From the NCBI GenBank assembly GCA_002269645.1, contig NIVC01002331.1, positions 1-64,000 of the forward strand: 64,000 bases of DNA, written 5' to 3'. This document shows positions 12,591 through 24,310 of this stretch, piece after piece. The position numbers and the translations under genes are program-made. The DNA comes from Macrostomum lignano (taxonomy: Eukaryota). The notes below the pieces were generated by a model. It did not search any database, was not told where the DNA came from, and saw nothing but the letters and a program-made list of their open reading frames with translations. How positions within the stretch are numbered: position 1 is the stretch's first letter; every line of letters begins with the position of its first letter.

Positions 12591-14090
12591 CTCTATTCAA
12601 TTGATTGTATCTACGAGTATCAAACACAAAATCAAATATCAAAGCGTTTACTGCAGTTAAAAACTTCGAAACATGAGGCATGAGATGTTTTATTGTCGCT
12701 TAGGACGCGAAACTGTTACAGCAAGTTCAGTAAGTGTCGTATTTGCTTGATAATTCCATGCAACTAAACTGCAATCTTATAAAAAAACAGAATTCATGCA
12801 ACAGATATTTACAAACAAAAACAGAAAAAACAGTTGCACAGGGTTCAATTTTGCGTAGTCTTATTGATTTATGATAGGATCGAAAGTGTGTACGGGACGA
12901 AACTAACGCGTTGAAAGAGAAAAACTGTGACAGAACTAATATGAGACTTGCTCATATCTGAGACAGACCATGGGAATTTCAACAAGCATTTCTACACAGT
13001 TCGTAGGGTTATCGCTGCACGTAAAGCAAAGAAAAACATTAAAATCTCACCGTTCATTAAGAGTGTACACTGAAGTACCGAAAATGGCTTTCTATGAAAC
13101 TGTGAGACACATTAAACACAGTCCCAACGCGCTGCGTCGCACGGAGCTCACTGAAAGTGAGTAAATAGCGGTGTGCAAACCATACAAGGCCGAAGTAAAG
13201 AAGAAAGCAATGCCCCACTTGAATTTCATAGCAGGCCCTAAAGCGCTATAGGCAAACAGAAAGTTATTCTAAAGTTAGTATAGAATTGGTGGCTCAGTTT
13301 GAAACTGATCCTATAGAGCTCCCTCGAAAATGAGCTCTGCTGCTTTGATCGATTATAAAAGCGGAGATTCAACCGGAAGCAGTTTTACTATTTCCTGGAT
13401 TTTGTTTGGCTCTATTTTACTTTTGCCGAATAAACATTTAGTTTTAGTCCGCCTCCTTATGTCTGTTTCTCTGTACTTCAGGTCCCTCAGGGAAAGCTGC
13501 TCAATTGAAAAAAAAGTGGGGCATTGCGAGTACCTGGAGAGTTCCGCAGTTTCCAGCTGCATCTCTCCCGGACTATTCGGTAGGGCGAAAGGCGACCGGG
13601 TTTTTTCACCTTTCGCTACCTTTCGTCAGCCGTAGCCAAATTGAAATCAGGTGAGGAAATCGCGTCAGTACAACAAGTTCGAAAGCAGGACTTGCTACGC
13701 AGAAAATAAAAAAGAACGGAGATGCCTTCAAGCGGCTGGAAAAATAGCGGCCGAAAATTAGCTAATATTTATCCCCTCCGGATGTGGGATTAGAAAATAA
13801 ATTAGCAATAACAAGTCCAATGTCTCAATGCTAATTAATGATCGAAGGAAAATGTCCGTCCTGTTGTAGATCTTATTTCTACGAAACTTCTGCAATGAAT
13901 ATTCTGGTCTAGCGCACTAGTTATTGGACAATGCAATAAAACTGCCTTTCCCGAACAGAAAATTTCTCGAGCTTAAAAAGTGCGATCGGTACTATTCGTG
14001 CTAATACTAATTTCATTCTCGAGCTGCCAACGAAATGCCTACCACGTTACTAACAGAGGGAATGAGGACCAGACACAGAGAATGAAAATC

Positions 14091-16643
14091 TCATACGTAG
14101 CCACTCGGCATCAAGCGATAGTCACAGTTAGTTCTCATGGCCTCGGATTTCGCCCGCCAGAGCCGCTGCTGCGAGCCGCCAGCGGAGGAAATCGTCTCAG
14201 GCGTGGCCGCCCCGCTCCAGCCGTAGGAGGCCGATGACGATAGGAAGAGCAGGTCCCGATGGCTTCTCGCCTCGTGACCGCCTCCGCCACCGTAGCCGCC
14301 TGTTGAAGGCGAAGACGACGCGGTAGTTTCGCTGCGGCTGTCTGCGGCAGCTCGGCTTAACCGCCTGCTGAGCGTGTGCCGCTCCTGGATCTGCTTTTGC
14401 AGGCCGACCGTCTCCTCGCTGGTAGTGAGGTAATAGAGAAAGCGCTTCACGTCTCTGAGTCGCGGCCCTGCCACCTCTACCCGGCGCAGACCATCCGGCA
14501 GGTCTTCCGCCTCTTCTGGCGGGAGCAGACGCAGAGTGCAGCTGTGCCGGCTGGCCAGAGATGCTACCACCGGGTCTAGCAGGAACGCCTCGCTCTGAGC
14601 CAGGCTGCCGCCCGCCCGGATGTGGAAGAAGTAAAACGCTCGCTGACCCGCGGCGCGTCGCTCCACCGGGAGAGGACTCTTGGGCGCCGGGCCGTCGCGC
14701 GGCTGACCGCGCACAGCTGAGAAGGTTCGGCAACGGCGGCGCATCTCAGCTGCGTGACGGACATCCGCGATGCGTCGAGGCTGTGCCGGTGGCTGGCCAA
14801 CAAAGTCCGGCTCCTGTTGTCGATACTGTTGAATGGGCCGGTCCTCGCCGTTAAGCTTTCCGGGACAAGAGTCGCGTCGAACACGGGGCCTGCGCTGGTG
14901 CTCGAAGACCCCAGCGTCGTAGTAGTCGTTGTCTCTTTCGGTATCGATGCACTCGTCGTCATCGTCGCAGAACATGTGCAGCCGCTCAAGGCCTTCAACT
15001 AGTGAGCGACGCTGAGCAAAGTAGCGCGGCCGGTAGAGCACAGTTGGTTGGCTATCAAACACGCGATGACCGCGGCCAGACGCATTTACCGCTGTCTGCG
15101 TCAGCGCCGGAAGAAGGCGCATCCGGGGAACGTCTCGCCTACGCTGGCTGCGGCTGCGACTACGCCGAAGCGTAATGCGGAGCTGCGGAGGCGACGGCGA
15201 TTCTCTGCCGGTATTTGTCCCTACTGTTGACGATGCTTTCGTTGTGGCTGCCGCTGTCTGGCAGGCGTCATCTCGAGAACTTGGTGGCTGGGGACGTCGT
15301 TCAGCTTGAGCCCGAACTGTGCTTCTAGTTTTGGTTCGGCCTCTGGATTGTTCTGTGTTTGTTCGCATTGAGTTGGACGCATCTGCTTCCCGCTCGGATT
15401 TTACTGCCTGCGACTGTTGCCATTGGTCACGCTGTTGTGGCTGCTGCTGTTTTTGTTGTTGTTGTTGTTGTTGCTGTTGCTGTTGTTGCTGTTGTTGCTG
15501 TTGTTGTTGCTGTTGTTGTTGCTGTTGTTGTTGCTGTTCTTGTTGTTGTTGTTGTTGTTGTTGTTGCTGCTGCTGTCGTTGTTGTTGCTGCTGCTGCTGT
15601 TGCAGCTGATTTTGCATTTGCCTTTGTAGCAACTGTTGCTGCTCAAGCATCTTCTGTTGTAGCAGTTTCTGTTGCTGCTGTTGAAAGATTTGAAGCTGAT
15701 GTTGATGCAAGAGGCGCTGCTGTTGAAGCAGCTGCTGCTGATGAGGCGCTTGCTTCAGCTGCTCTTGGTGCTGTAGCAACTGACAATTTGATTGTCGAAA
15801 TGATCTCTGTGTGTTTAACGTCGATTGCCGCTGCTGTTCTGGCTGAGAATTGCACTCCGGCAGTGGCGGGGCGCCCCTCCGACCGCGAATTACAGTCTCA
15901 CTACCCCGCGGCCCAGCTGCAGCTCTGAGAGTGCGGTCATCCGCTGCTTTCTGCTCTATGATTGTGTCAACCTCCAAGTCCATAGCTGACGAATCGTCCT
16001 CCTCTTCCGCTTTAGGCATGACCCGATCGATGCTGCTAGGAAATTGTTGGTGGGCAATTTGCCGCAGCAGGCGCTGCTGTTGCTGCTGTTGCTGTTGGCT
16101 GAGCTGTCGCCTCGGACTCAGCCCATAGTTACCGTGGACTGGACACGGCCGACTATGAGCTGCAGCTGCCGAAGACTGACTTCGCTTAGGGGGCTGATTT
16201 CGACCGGCGCTGGCACTGTCGGACCGCTGCTCAGCTGGCTGAGTACGACCGTCATTGTCGGAATACTCTGGTGGTGGAGGCAGCATCGGTGGCGGAGGCA
16301 GCGGGCGCATTGGTGGCTGAAGGATTGACAGGTCTTCCGTCTGCCGCTTGGCCTGGCCATTTTCAATACAGACAGCGGGAGCAGCAGGCGCATCGGCTCT
16401 AGCAGCACCACCTTGGCCACCGTTGACTCCTTGAGCATCCTGTCGACTCTGATGATGATGCCGCGGTTTGTACAGCGGAGACTCGCAGCCGCCATTGTCA
16501 ACTATGTAGTCTGTGATGACGAAGTTGTAATTCGGCGTCGGCTTCTGGTCGGCTGGCGACACGCCGACTCCGCCGCTGCCGTTGCCAGCGGATCTCTGCT
16601 GCTGGCCGGGCCGTTTGCTCAGTCGAGACTGGCGTGCTCCCAT
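14091..16643 (-). CDS. Intronless 850-aa Gln-rich, largely disordered protein; MGxxxS N-terminus; possible degenerate KH-like domain near the C-terminus
   Basis: 2.55-kb GC-rich ATG-initiated ORF, of which only part is simple repeat. It has a mixed CAA/CAG poly-Q tract (longest run 28 Q, 15453-15536). No family recognised. Confidence 0.8.
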   Translation of the reverse strand: MGARQSRLSKRPGQQQRSAGNGSGGVGVSPADQKPTPNYNFVITDYIVDNGGCESPLYKPRHHHQSRQDAQGVNGGQGGAARADAPAAPAVCIENGQAKRQTEDLSILQPPMRPLPPPPMLPPPPEYSDNDGRTQPAEQRSDSASAGRNQPPKRSQSSAAAAHSRPCPVHGNYGLSPRRQLSQQQQQQQQRLLRQIAHQQFPSSIDRVMPKAEEEDDSSAMDLEVDTIIEQKAADDRTLRAAAGPRGSETVIRGRRGAPPLPECNSQPEQQRQSTLNTQRSFRQSNCQLLQHQEQLKQAPHQQQLLQQQRLLHQHQLQIFQQQQQKLLQQKMLEQQQLLQRQMQNQLQQQQQQQQRQQQQQQQQQQQQEQQQQQQQQQQQQQQQQQQQQQQQQQQQQKQQQPQQRDQWQQSQAVKSEREADASNSMRTNTEQSRGRTKTRSTVRAQAERRPQPPSSRDDACQTAAATTKASSTVGTNTGRESPSPPQLRITLRRSRSRSQRRRDVPRMRLLPALTQTAVNASGRGHRVFDSQPTVLYRPRYFAQRRSLVEGLERLHMFCDDDDECIDTERDNDYYDAGVFEHQRRPRVRRDSCPGKLNGEDRPIQQYRQQEPDFVGQPPAQPRRIADVRHAAEMRRRCRTFSAVRGQPRDGPAPKSPLPVERRAAGQRAFYFFHIRAGGSLAQSEAFLLDPVVASLASRHSCTLRLLPPEEAEDLPDGLRRVEVAGPRLRDVKRFLYYLTTSEETVGLQKQIQERHTLSRRLSRAAADSRSETTASSSPSTGGYGGGGGHEARSHRDLLFLSSSASYGWSGAATPETISSAGGSQQRLWRAKSEAMRTNCDYRLMPSGYV

Positions 16644-18087
16644 TCAGTCTGGCTGGCTGAAGGCGGAAGTCCGGCTGAGCGACAGAATTCAGTCGGCCAT
16701 GGCCCGCGCCACAGATGAAAAATTCCTCAGCAACTTCTTGCTCTTTCTCTCTGTCTGCCTCCACAGTTTTCCACCCAAGTGTGGCAGGCCGGCCCGGTTG
16801 TCAAGCGAAGCGAGAACAAGGGATTTGGGGGGATCTTCACGCTGTAATTCACTTTATTCCTTTGCCACCTTGGATTTTCTACCCTCTAGCCTTGTAGATT
16901 GGTGCTGTCGGGTAAGAAAACACGCGCCAGTATCAGGAGAGAGAGGAGGAGAGCAGCCGTGGAGAGCAATAAGTCGCTTGGTAGGAGGTTGCGCAGGTCA
17001 GGAGGCGTTCGCTCTTTTCTCGCCGGAAGACAAGACGGGGGCTGTACGGCCAGTGGTTGGCAGCAGTACTTTTGTCTACGGAGGGGAGTTGGGAACTTCG
17101 GTTCCAATTTTAGAGAACTGCGAGCAAGAGAGAGGAGGGCGACGAATAAGGCAACGACCAAAATGGGAATTCTGTGTGGTTCTTTCTCGCTAAGCTGCTA
17201 TGGAAAGCCAAGTGCTTGGGAGAGAGAAGGAGAGAGAACGCATGCGCGCATTAATACACTGGCCAGGCCAGAAAGTCGCCTGCCCCAGCCTTAGCTGCGC
17301 CACCATTGGCTGCTGCGGCAAGTAGGACTGGAAGCATGCGTGCAGCATTAGCAATGGGCCTTCCGATTCGCCCAATGCCTTCAAAGCCCATCGTGGCTGC
17401 CTCATTTTCTCTTCTCCGCAACTGTAGGAAAATCCGTTCTACTGGCTGTGACGGGGTTGGGGCCTACCAGCCTTAGCTGTCAAAAGTTCTGAACTGTGGA
17501 GGAAGGGTTCTTTGGCCAAGGGCGGTTCCCACCGCGGTTGCATGACCTGTCCACCTGTCCACCAATGGAAGTTCCAAGTGCGTGCTTCTTTTTAGTCCAA
17601 TTTTCATAACTTCTCATCAACTGCGGGTTTCTTTAGGCCCAAAGATTGGAGCTTCTGGGTAAGGGGAATAGTTTTGGAAATGGGAAGGGAGACGAAAGAG
17701 AACGTGGGATTATAGATTTAGCTAGCCATGTGGACTTGCAGCGGGATGCAGCGGAGCTATAACTGGGCGTAGCCGCAAGGACAACAATTGTCATTGTCCT
17801 TAAAATGCACCCAAATCTGCCGTTTTTCAGCCCGCTTTCTTGGAAATACTTCTAGAAGCGAATATCCTGCGGAATTTCACATGCAATTATAGTTTTCATG
17901 CGTGTTTTTCTCGTACGTATTTTAAGCCTTCAACACAAACAAGGATAAATGGCCACTCCACAGGTGTCGCCTTGGACTAGGGGGGGGGGCAGAGGGGCAA
18001 AGGGGGGATAGTGGGGACAGATCCAAGAATCATAAAGGAAAACTTCGTATATCATTTTGGGAATCAGTGTTTTTAGTAAGTATTCTT

Positions 18088-18550
18088 GGCGCCACAGTCA
18101 CTCATTTTGGCGCCACAGTCACTCATTTTAGCGCAGCAGTCACTCATTATAGCGCAGCAGTCACTCATTATAGCGCAGCAGTCACTCATTTTAGCGCAGC
18201 AGTCACTCATTTTAGCGCCACAGTCACTCATTTTAGCGCAGCAGTCACTCATTTTAGCGCCGCAGTCACTCATTTAAGCGCAGCAGTCACTCATTATAGC
18301 GCAGCAGTCACTCATTTTAGCGCAGCAGTCACTCATTTTAGCGCCACAGTCACTCATTTTATTAGCACCGCAGGCACTCATTTTAGCGCAGCAGTCACTC
18401 ATTATAGCGCAGCAGTCACTCATTTTAGCGCCGCAGTCACTCATTTTAGCGCAGCAGTCACTCATTTTAGCGCCGCAGTCACTCATTTTAGCGCCGCAGT
18501 CACTCATTTTAGCGCAGCAGTCACTCATTTTAGCGCTGCAGGCACTCATT
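18088..18550. repeat. 21-bp minisatellite, ~22 copies
   Basis: Unit agcgcagcagtcactcatttt with point variants. Confidence 0.96.
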
Positions 18551-18789
18551 CTTGATTTCCATGACGGGTCACAAGGTGTGGGGGCTGGAGGACAAAGCCC
18601 CCATGTCCCCCTACAGCTTTTACAGGCCTGTACACAGTCTATACACAGTATTATCCAAAGTTCTAGCTAAATTGCTAGCTAACTGACTACCCATCTGCAG
18701 TCGGAAGTGAATAATGTTAAGCATAGCTAATTGCGCAATTTGAATAAAAACTCATTACGCAATGGTTGGCGATGAGATCAATGCCCCTG

Positions 18790-19345
18790 AAAGATACCCA
18801 ACTTGAAAGGCTATCCAGGTCTGAAATGCAATTTCTCCTCAGACAGAATGTTTTTCTCAACGACTTTCTGCTAAGCTAATATTCGGGACAGGAGGCATGG
18901 GGCCACACCAATCTTGGTGCACACTACTGGCACTCCCTCATCAGTACACTATTTACTTAATCCCGATTTGCATAGCTTCTGGATCTTACTCGGCCACTTT
19001 ACTGATGCTTGCTCAGCTCACTGAGCCAGATTTTTCCATCTAGATTATTCCTTCTCGCTTGGTAGAATTTTTCCCATTAATATTTATCCCTGACCCGATT
19101 TCCCTTAATTTCGATGCGGGTAAGCTCATAGGTTCTTGGTCACGAGCTCGAGTTTCCGGACCTCCCGGTATGTAAAACTTCTCGAAATCTCATGCTTAGC
19201 TTGCAAGAGCGTTTCATCCGCGAACATAGCGGTGAGGCTCCGCACCCAGATGGCTTGGAAGTGTAAAGTAGCCTAGCAGCAACCCGTCTCTGTTGTCTCG
19301 CGTCGAATTAACGCGGGTTTAATAGTGCACGATCAGCACACATAC
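18790..19345 (-). mobile_element. Degenerate BEL/Pao LTR-retrotransposon remnant (integrase end / DUF5641-like region)
   Basis: Frameshifted minus-strand peptides ALLNPR, W..LSELSKHQ*KW and VLMRE..CAPRLVWP..LSRKSLRK follow the order of the BEL motifs AILNSRP, W..EYLSELQKRQKW and DIVL..PR..WP..R. Judged by eye only. Confidence 0.4.
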
Positions 19346-20197
19346 AGAGTTAGCCAGTACAATACCCTGTGCGTGTACATGTATCCATGTGCTTGTGCGT
19401 GCTCAGGGATCAGCAAAATGTTGATTTACGGCAGTATCCAAAGCTCTCTGTGAAATAACTATAGCAACTAAGGCTTCTGATTACTGGCTTTTATGTATAG
19501 TCCAATTTTTAAGGCACTTTAGTCTGGACACTGCAAAGGACCTTGGCTTCATTGTTTCATTTCCTGTTTCTTCTTGATTCAACTTTTCTACTGTATTAGG
19601 CAAAACATACAAAAGCAATACATCATCAGGCTGCACACATGCAGCAATGGTTTATTTCCTTACAGAGAAAAAACAGGAAAGCCACGTTTTAACAACCGAA
19701 TAATGACTGATAGACTGGCTGACTACTGACCGATCGCTGGGACATTTTGAGTGACTGACTACTGCTGTAGTCGCTTTATCGATCTAACATCAAGGACAAC
19801 TAAAGCAACGTATATACTTTAGTAGTCCTTGTCTAACATGAGTGTCTGATTGTCCTACATTGTTAACATTTAAGTCAACAATTTTATTGACTTCCGAGTC
19901 TAAAACTTTTTTTGTTGGGGCGTTTCTCAAGCTAGAAACTTCCCAAGTTTGATATTGTACATCGTCGAAAAGTCTTGCTAGTCAACTTTGTCAGTTTACA
20001 AGCCAAACTACATACACGATTTCGCGATGATGTAAATTTTCGAGCTTGTGTCCTAATTTGCGGTCCTAAAAACGAATGCCACATCAAATGCAAGCCCAAC
20101 GCTAACAAGAAGATGAAGCAGATGACCTCCATGGCCTTCACATTTAGAAGCAATTACAAAACGCTGGGGTTGATGTTTTGTTTGACAACAAAACGAT

Positions 20198-20676
20198 GTA
20201 TGGAGGTTTCTGTAACTTTACGGAGGCCCTGTAGCTCTATGGAGGTCCTTGTAACTCTACAGAGGTTACTGCACGTATCTATACGAAGGTCCCTGTATCT
20301 ATACGGAGGTCCCTGTATCGATACGGAGGTCCCTGTATCTATACGGAGGTCCCTGTATCGATACGGAGGTCCCTGTATCGATACGAAGGTCCCTGTATCT
20401 ATACGGAGGTCCCTGTATCAATACGGAGGTCCCTGTATCTATACGGAGGTCCCTGTATCTATACGGAGGTCCCTGTATCGATACGGAGGTCCCTGTATCT
20501 ATACGAAGGTCCCTGTATCTATACGGAGGTTCCTGTATCTATACGGAGGTCCCAGTATCTATACGGAGGTCCCTGTATCCATACGGAGGCCCTGTAACTC
20601 TACAGAGGTCACTGTATCTATACGGAGGCCCTGTAACTCTACAGAGGTCCCTATAACTCTACAGAGGTCCCTATAA
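20198..20676. repeat. 20-bp minisatellite with degenerate edges
   Basis: Core unit tatacggaggtccctgtatc, grading into diverged units at both ends. Confidence 0.95.
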
Positions 20677-21720
20677 CTAAAGCGCCAAAAAATTGACAAT
20701 AAATATGACTTGACACGGACTAAAAGCAGATATAGAATACGTACTTCATGTTGTTGTAAATAGTAAATTATATCGGGTAGTCATGTACAATATTGGAATT
20801 TGATTTAGCACCGGAGTCATATCAAGGTCACAGATAATTTGGCAGGACACACTTGTTTTCCCAAGGAAACCCGGGATATTTCATATTTTATCGTCGTAAC
20901 TAAAATGTACCAAAACGTGGAGCACTCATCGAGTCTGCCTGCCTTGATTTTGACAGATTTATCGCGTGCTCATTGTTGGCCTAACAAGAGGAACAAATAC
21001 ATATTCCTGGGAATACGTTAGTCGTGCAATTTAAAAACAAAAGAGCGTTTTGAAAATAGAAAACAGGTAGAGCTAAGTGTAACTTCTATTCGGTAGTGCA
21101 ACAACAGAAGGGAATCGTTGCGTAAAATTACAGGCCAATGAGATTTCGGTGCGTCAATCATACGAGTTTGCTCCATATGTAATGACCCCCCGCGTCAAAG
21201 ATAACAAGGCTCGATATATATAGTTGAAAAAATAAGCTGCATACATTCACATGTAGCCAGAGATAAGGGCTTGCATGTTACATAGCCTATAACGCCGTTC
21301 GTTACCTTTCTGAGATTCTGAGGATAAGGGAGGGATGACCGAGGTCATTTAAGAATAGATCTTAGGTTTGATCGGCATCGGTGCCATGCGGTTTGGCGTT
21401 TGCAGCTACACGCTGGCCCGACCCTGCCTTATCTCTTTGTCAGGCCCTGTCAATCAACTGTTGGGGCTACACTGTACACGACCAGCGAACACAAAGTATT
21501 ACGTCATCGCTGAGCTTTTTCTGTTTTTGAAAATGACAGCCTAGGCCCTCTACAATAGACCCATCTATCACTCTCTGAGGCAGGAATGTAGATTGCTAAA
21601 ATAATGCTCGTCGCAAAAAAACTGTGCAGATAGTTTTCTGTACAAAATCAGCTTTTAATTTGTTTTAATCCAACAGAATTTGATGCATATATAATGGCAG
21701 TGTAGCATAAAGGCAAAGAG

Positions 21721-21810
21721 CTGTGCTGTCTGGTCTATGGCAGCGGAGAATATGGAGAGTGCTGTCTGCAGTCTATGGCAGCGGAGAATATGAAGAGTGC
21801 TGTCCATGGC
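21721..21810. repeat. Short direct repeat, ~39-bp unit x2
   Basis: gtgctgtctg(ca)gtctatggcagcggagaatatg(g/a)agagtgctgtc is duplicated. Confidence 0.85.
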
Positions 21811-23036
21811 AATGCGATCCAATTCAGAATTGTTCAGTGTTAGATCGGTGCAAAACGATTTAAAACAAAGAATAAAACGTTGTACATCAAATCGCATAAC
21901 CTTAACTTATAGCTTGAATTTGCAGTCAGCTTGCAGGTGAAGCACAAACTCAGAGTTTTGTTAGAGTGGATAAATCTCTTCTCGCATTGTGTTCGTTTAA
22001 TTAGTGACCATTGATTACATGTACAGTATGTTGATTTTTCAGTGTACTCGACGCTCCTTGAACTTAATATACATGTATATGCATGGTTTGGTTGATTTTT
22101 TAAAATATGCGTGCTCAGATGTCAGTGTGACGAAACTCTTAGGCTATAAGCCTATAATAAAAATCTAAGTTTGTGTTAACATTCATTTTTCTCCTTTGTG
22201 GGGGTATACATGTACATACATGCAAATGTAACATCAATCATTGTAGTTGCAGTAGTTGTGTAGTTGTAGTTGTACTTGCAAAAATCTATAAAAAGTAACT
22301 TTTATATTGAATGATGTAAATATATTGAATATAAAAATATTGAATATTTTCAATTGGTGCAAGTTGTTGAAAATAAAGCAGAACGTAGTGTTCCACCAAA
22401 GAAAACTTGATAAATTTATTTACATTGATAATTTGTAGATTCATTACTAAAGCTAACTAAAACGTACTAAATAGAATACCACTTAAAAGAGCAATTTACC
22501 ATCGTCTTAATATATAGTAAGTCTAAATCTATTTCAAGCAACATTTTAAAAGTCAATTACATACAAATAAACATCTAGAGTTTTCGTTTTGTTGTTAAAA
22601 TTTTGATTTAGAAAATTTGCGTATGTTTAACAGTGGGTAAATTTGCGAAATTTGCAATATCAAGTAGGCCGCGACCCGCATTATAAATTGTGTTGAGGCA
22701 AAGTTTTGGCGAAAATAAGTCGTGTAATAAATATACTTGTGATTACTTTTTATGAAATATTATCAACATCTAAATAATAAATAAAGTCGTATAAAGCGAC
22801 AAAACTATATTTTATAGTAGCATTATTCATTATATCCATCACTATCACTATATCAGTGCCAGTCATGAGTCAACCAGTGGAAGGTCAAAGCAATTCAATA
22901 ACCAATGGCCATAGCTTATTCATTGACAGTAGGCCTACGGGCCCTAGTGCCTAGAACTAGAATATAATAAAATAAAAAAATTCAAATAAGGAGCTTCTGG
23001 TTCATTCAGTATAGAAGTTACTATTATTAATGTTAT

Positions 23037-23482
23037 GGCAGTTATTATTTGTCCGGTGACCGGACAAATAGCAAAAAGGCTATTTGTCCGGTTAAATTGC
23101 TAACACAAGTATCTTATTTGTTTCGTGATGAATATTCTAGATTTTTAAGACCTTTTCTCATATATTGATTAATATTTTCTTGTATACTAGAGTGTAAGCA
23201 AAACAGTGTATTCAATTTGGCACAATTTGGTGTATAAGACACATACTAGTATAACAATATAATAATCAAGATATGAGTAAGAAGTCTTTGAAGTCTAAGA
23301 ATATTTACCCTTGTGGTTTTTATGAACTAGATATTATAACATTATCAATTTAACCGGACAAATAACAAAATGTCTATTTGTCCGGTATTAATCGGATGAA
23401 TAGGAAAGCATGGTCAGGATCTAGTAACCGGACAAATAACCACATTGCTATTCATCCGGTCACTGGACAAATAACAACTGCC
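23037..23482. mobile_element. MITE with ~36-bp imperfect TIRs (possibly PIF/Harbinger-like)
   Basis: Left end ggcagttattatttgtccggtgaccggacaaatagc; right end gctattcatccggtcactggacaaataacaactgcc. The subterminal motif accggacaaata recurs in both orientations. Flanks are tat/taa. Confidence 0.7.
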
Positions 23483-24052
23483 TAATAGTATTATTAAGCC
23501 CATTGGCTTTGATATTAATAATAATTAATATTTAATCATTTTAGTATTTAATATTTTAATATTTATCTTTTATCATCATTATATTAATCTTTTAATACTC
23601 TTTTTAATTTATTAATTCATGGCTTTATCCTTCAAAATATACCAAGCCATAGAATGAATTCATCAAATTTTGGAAAATATTTACATTAAAAAGTTTAGAT
23701 TCTAAAAAATGTTCAACTTTCAAATACACAATTCTCCAAAACTGCTTGGATCAAATTAATATTAGTTACATAGGACTATAGGAATGCTCACAAATCAACC
23801 TACTATTACCTCTGAGGGTAATTTTTTGCAGTTTTTTGCTTTATTATCATTTTGGATAGCCTCTAAGACTCTGGCGAAAGTTTCAGAAAAATTGAAAAAT
23901 TGGAAGTATTTTATGTACCTAAAGTTCAAGAAGGCCACAACCTTGGCTTGGCTATTAGTATTAGGGCCTATAGGGTTATATCTTTTAAATAGTTGAATTT
24001 CTAGCCTTTTGCTTTTTTTCTATCTAGTAGGCCTACATAGGCTTAAACTATT

Positions 24053-24310
24053 TCTAACTATAAAAATCAAAACTCTGTGTGTGTGTGTGTCTGTGTGTGG
24101 ACAATTTTGATTGCTATGGACTCCCAAACCGCTCAACCAAATGACACCAAATTTTACACCCACCTTAAACTTACTACGGAGAATGTCTTAGGCTACCTTT
24201 TAATTTCCTAGACTCAAGTCTTCCTACCTAAAAGTACAAAAAACTGCTCAAAATGCGCAATTTTTTCACTAAATCCTCCATAGCGCTGCTCCACTTCTAC
24301 CGATTCTCTT
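24053..24310 (+). mobile_element. Probable non-autonomous Helitron/HINE-like 5' region
   Basis: tctaactataaaaatcaaaa is followed by a (tg)n/tctg microsatellite and then ctcccaaaccgctcaaccaaatgacaccaaatttt. This layout is typical of invertebrate non-autonomous Helitron-type repeats; no 3' end was identified. Confidence 0.4.

Noticed and set aside
14197-16501. Multiple overlapping ORFs (poly-Cys, poly-Val, poly-Leu, poly-Asn)
   Set aside because: Antisense or alternative-frame shadows of the GC-rich poly-Q gene.
18067-18555. SAAVTHF repeat ORF resembling an antifreeze protein
   Set aside because: GTG start, pure 21-bp minisatellite, open on both strands, and no signal peptide or unique sequence.
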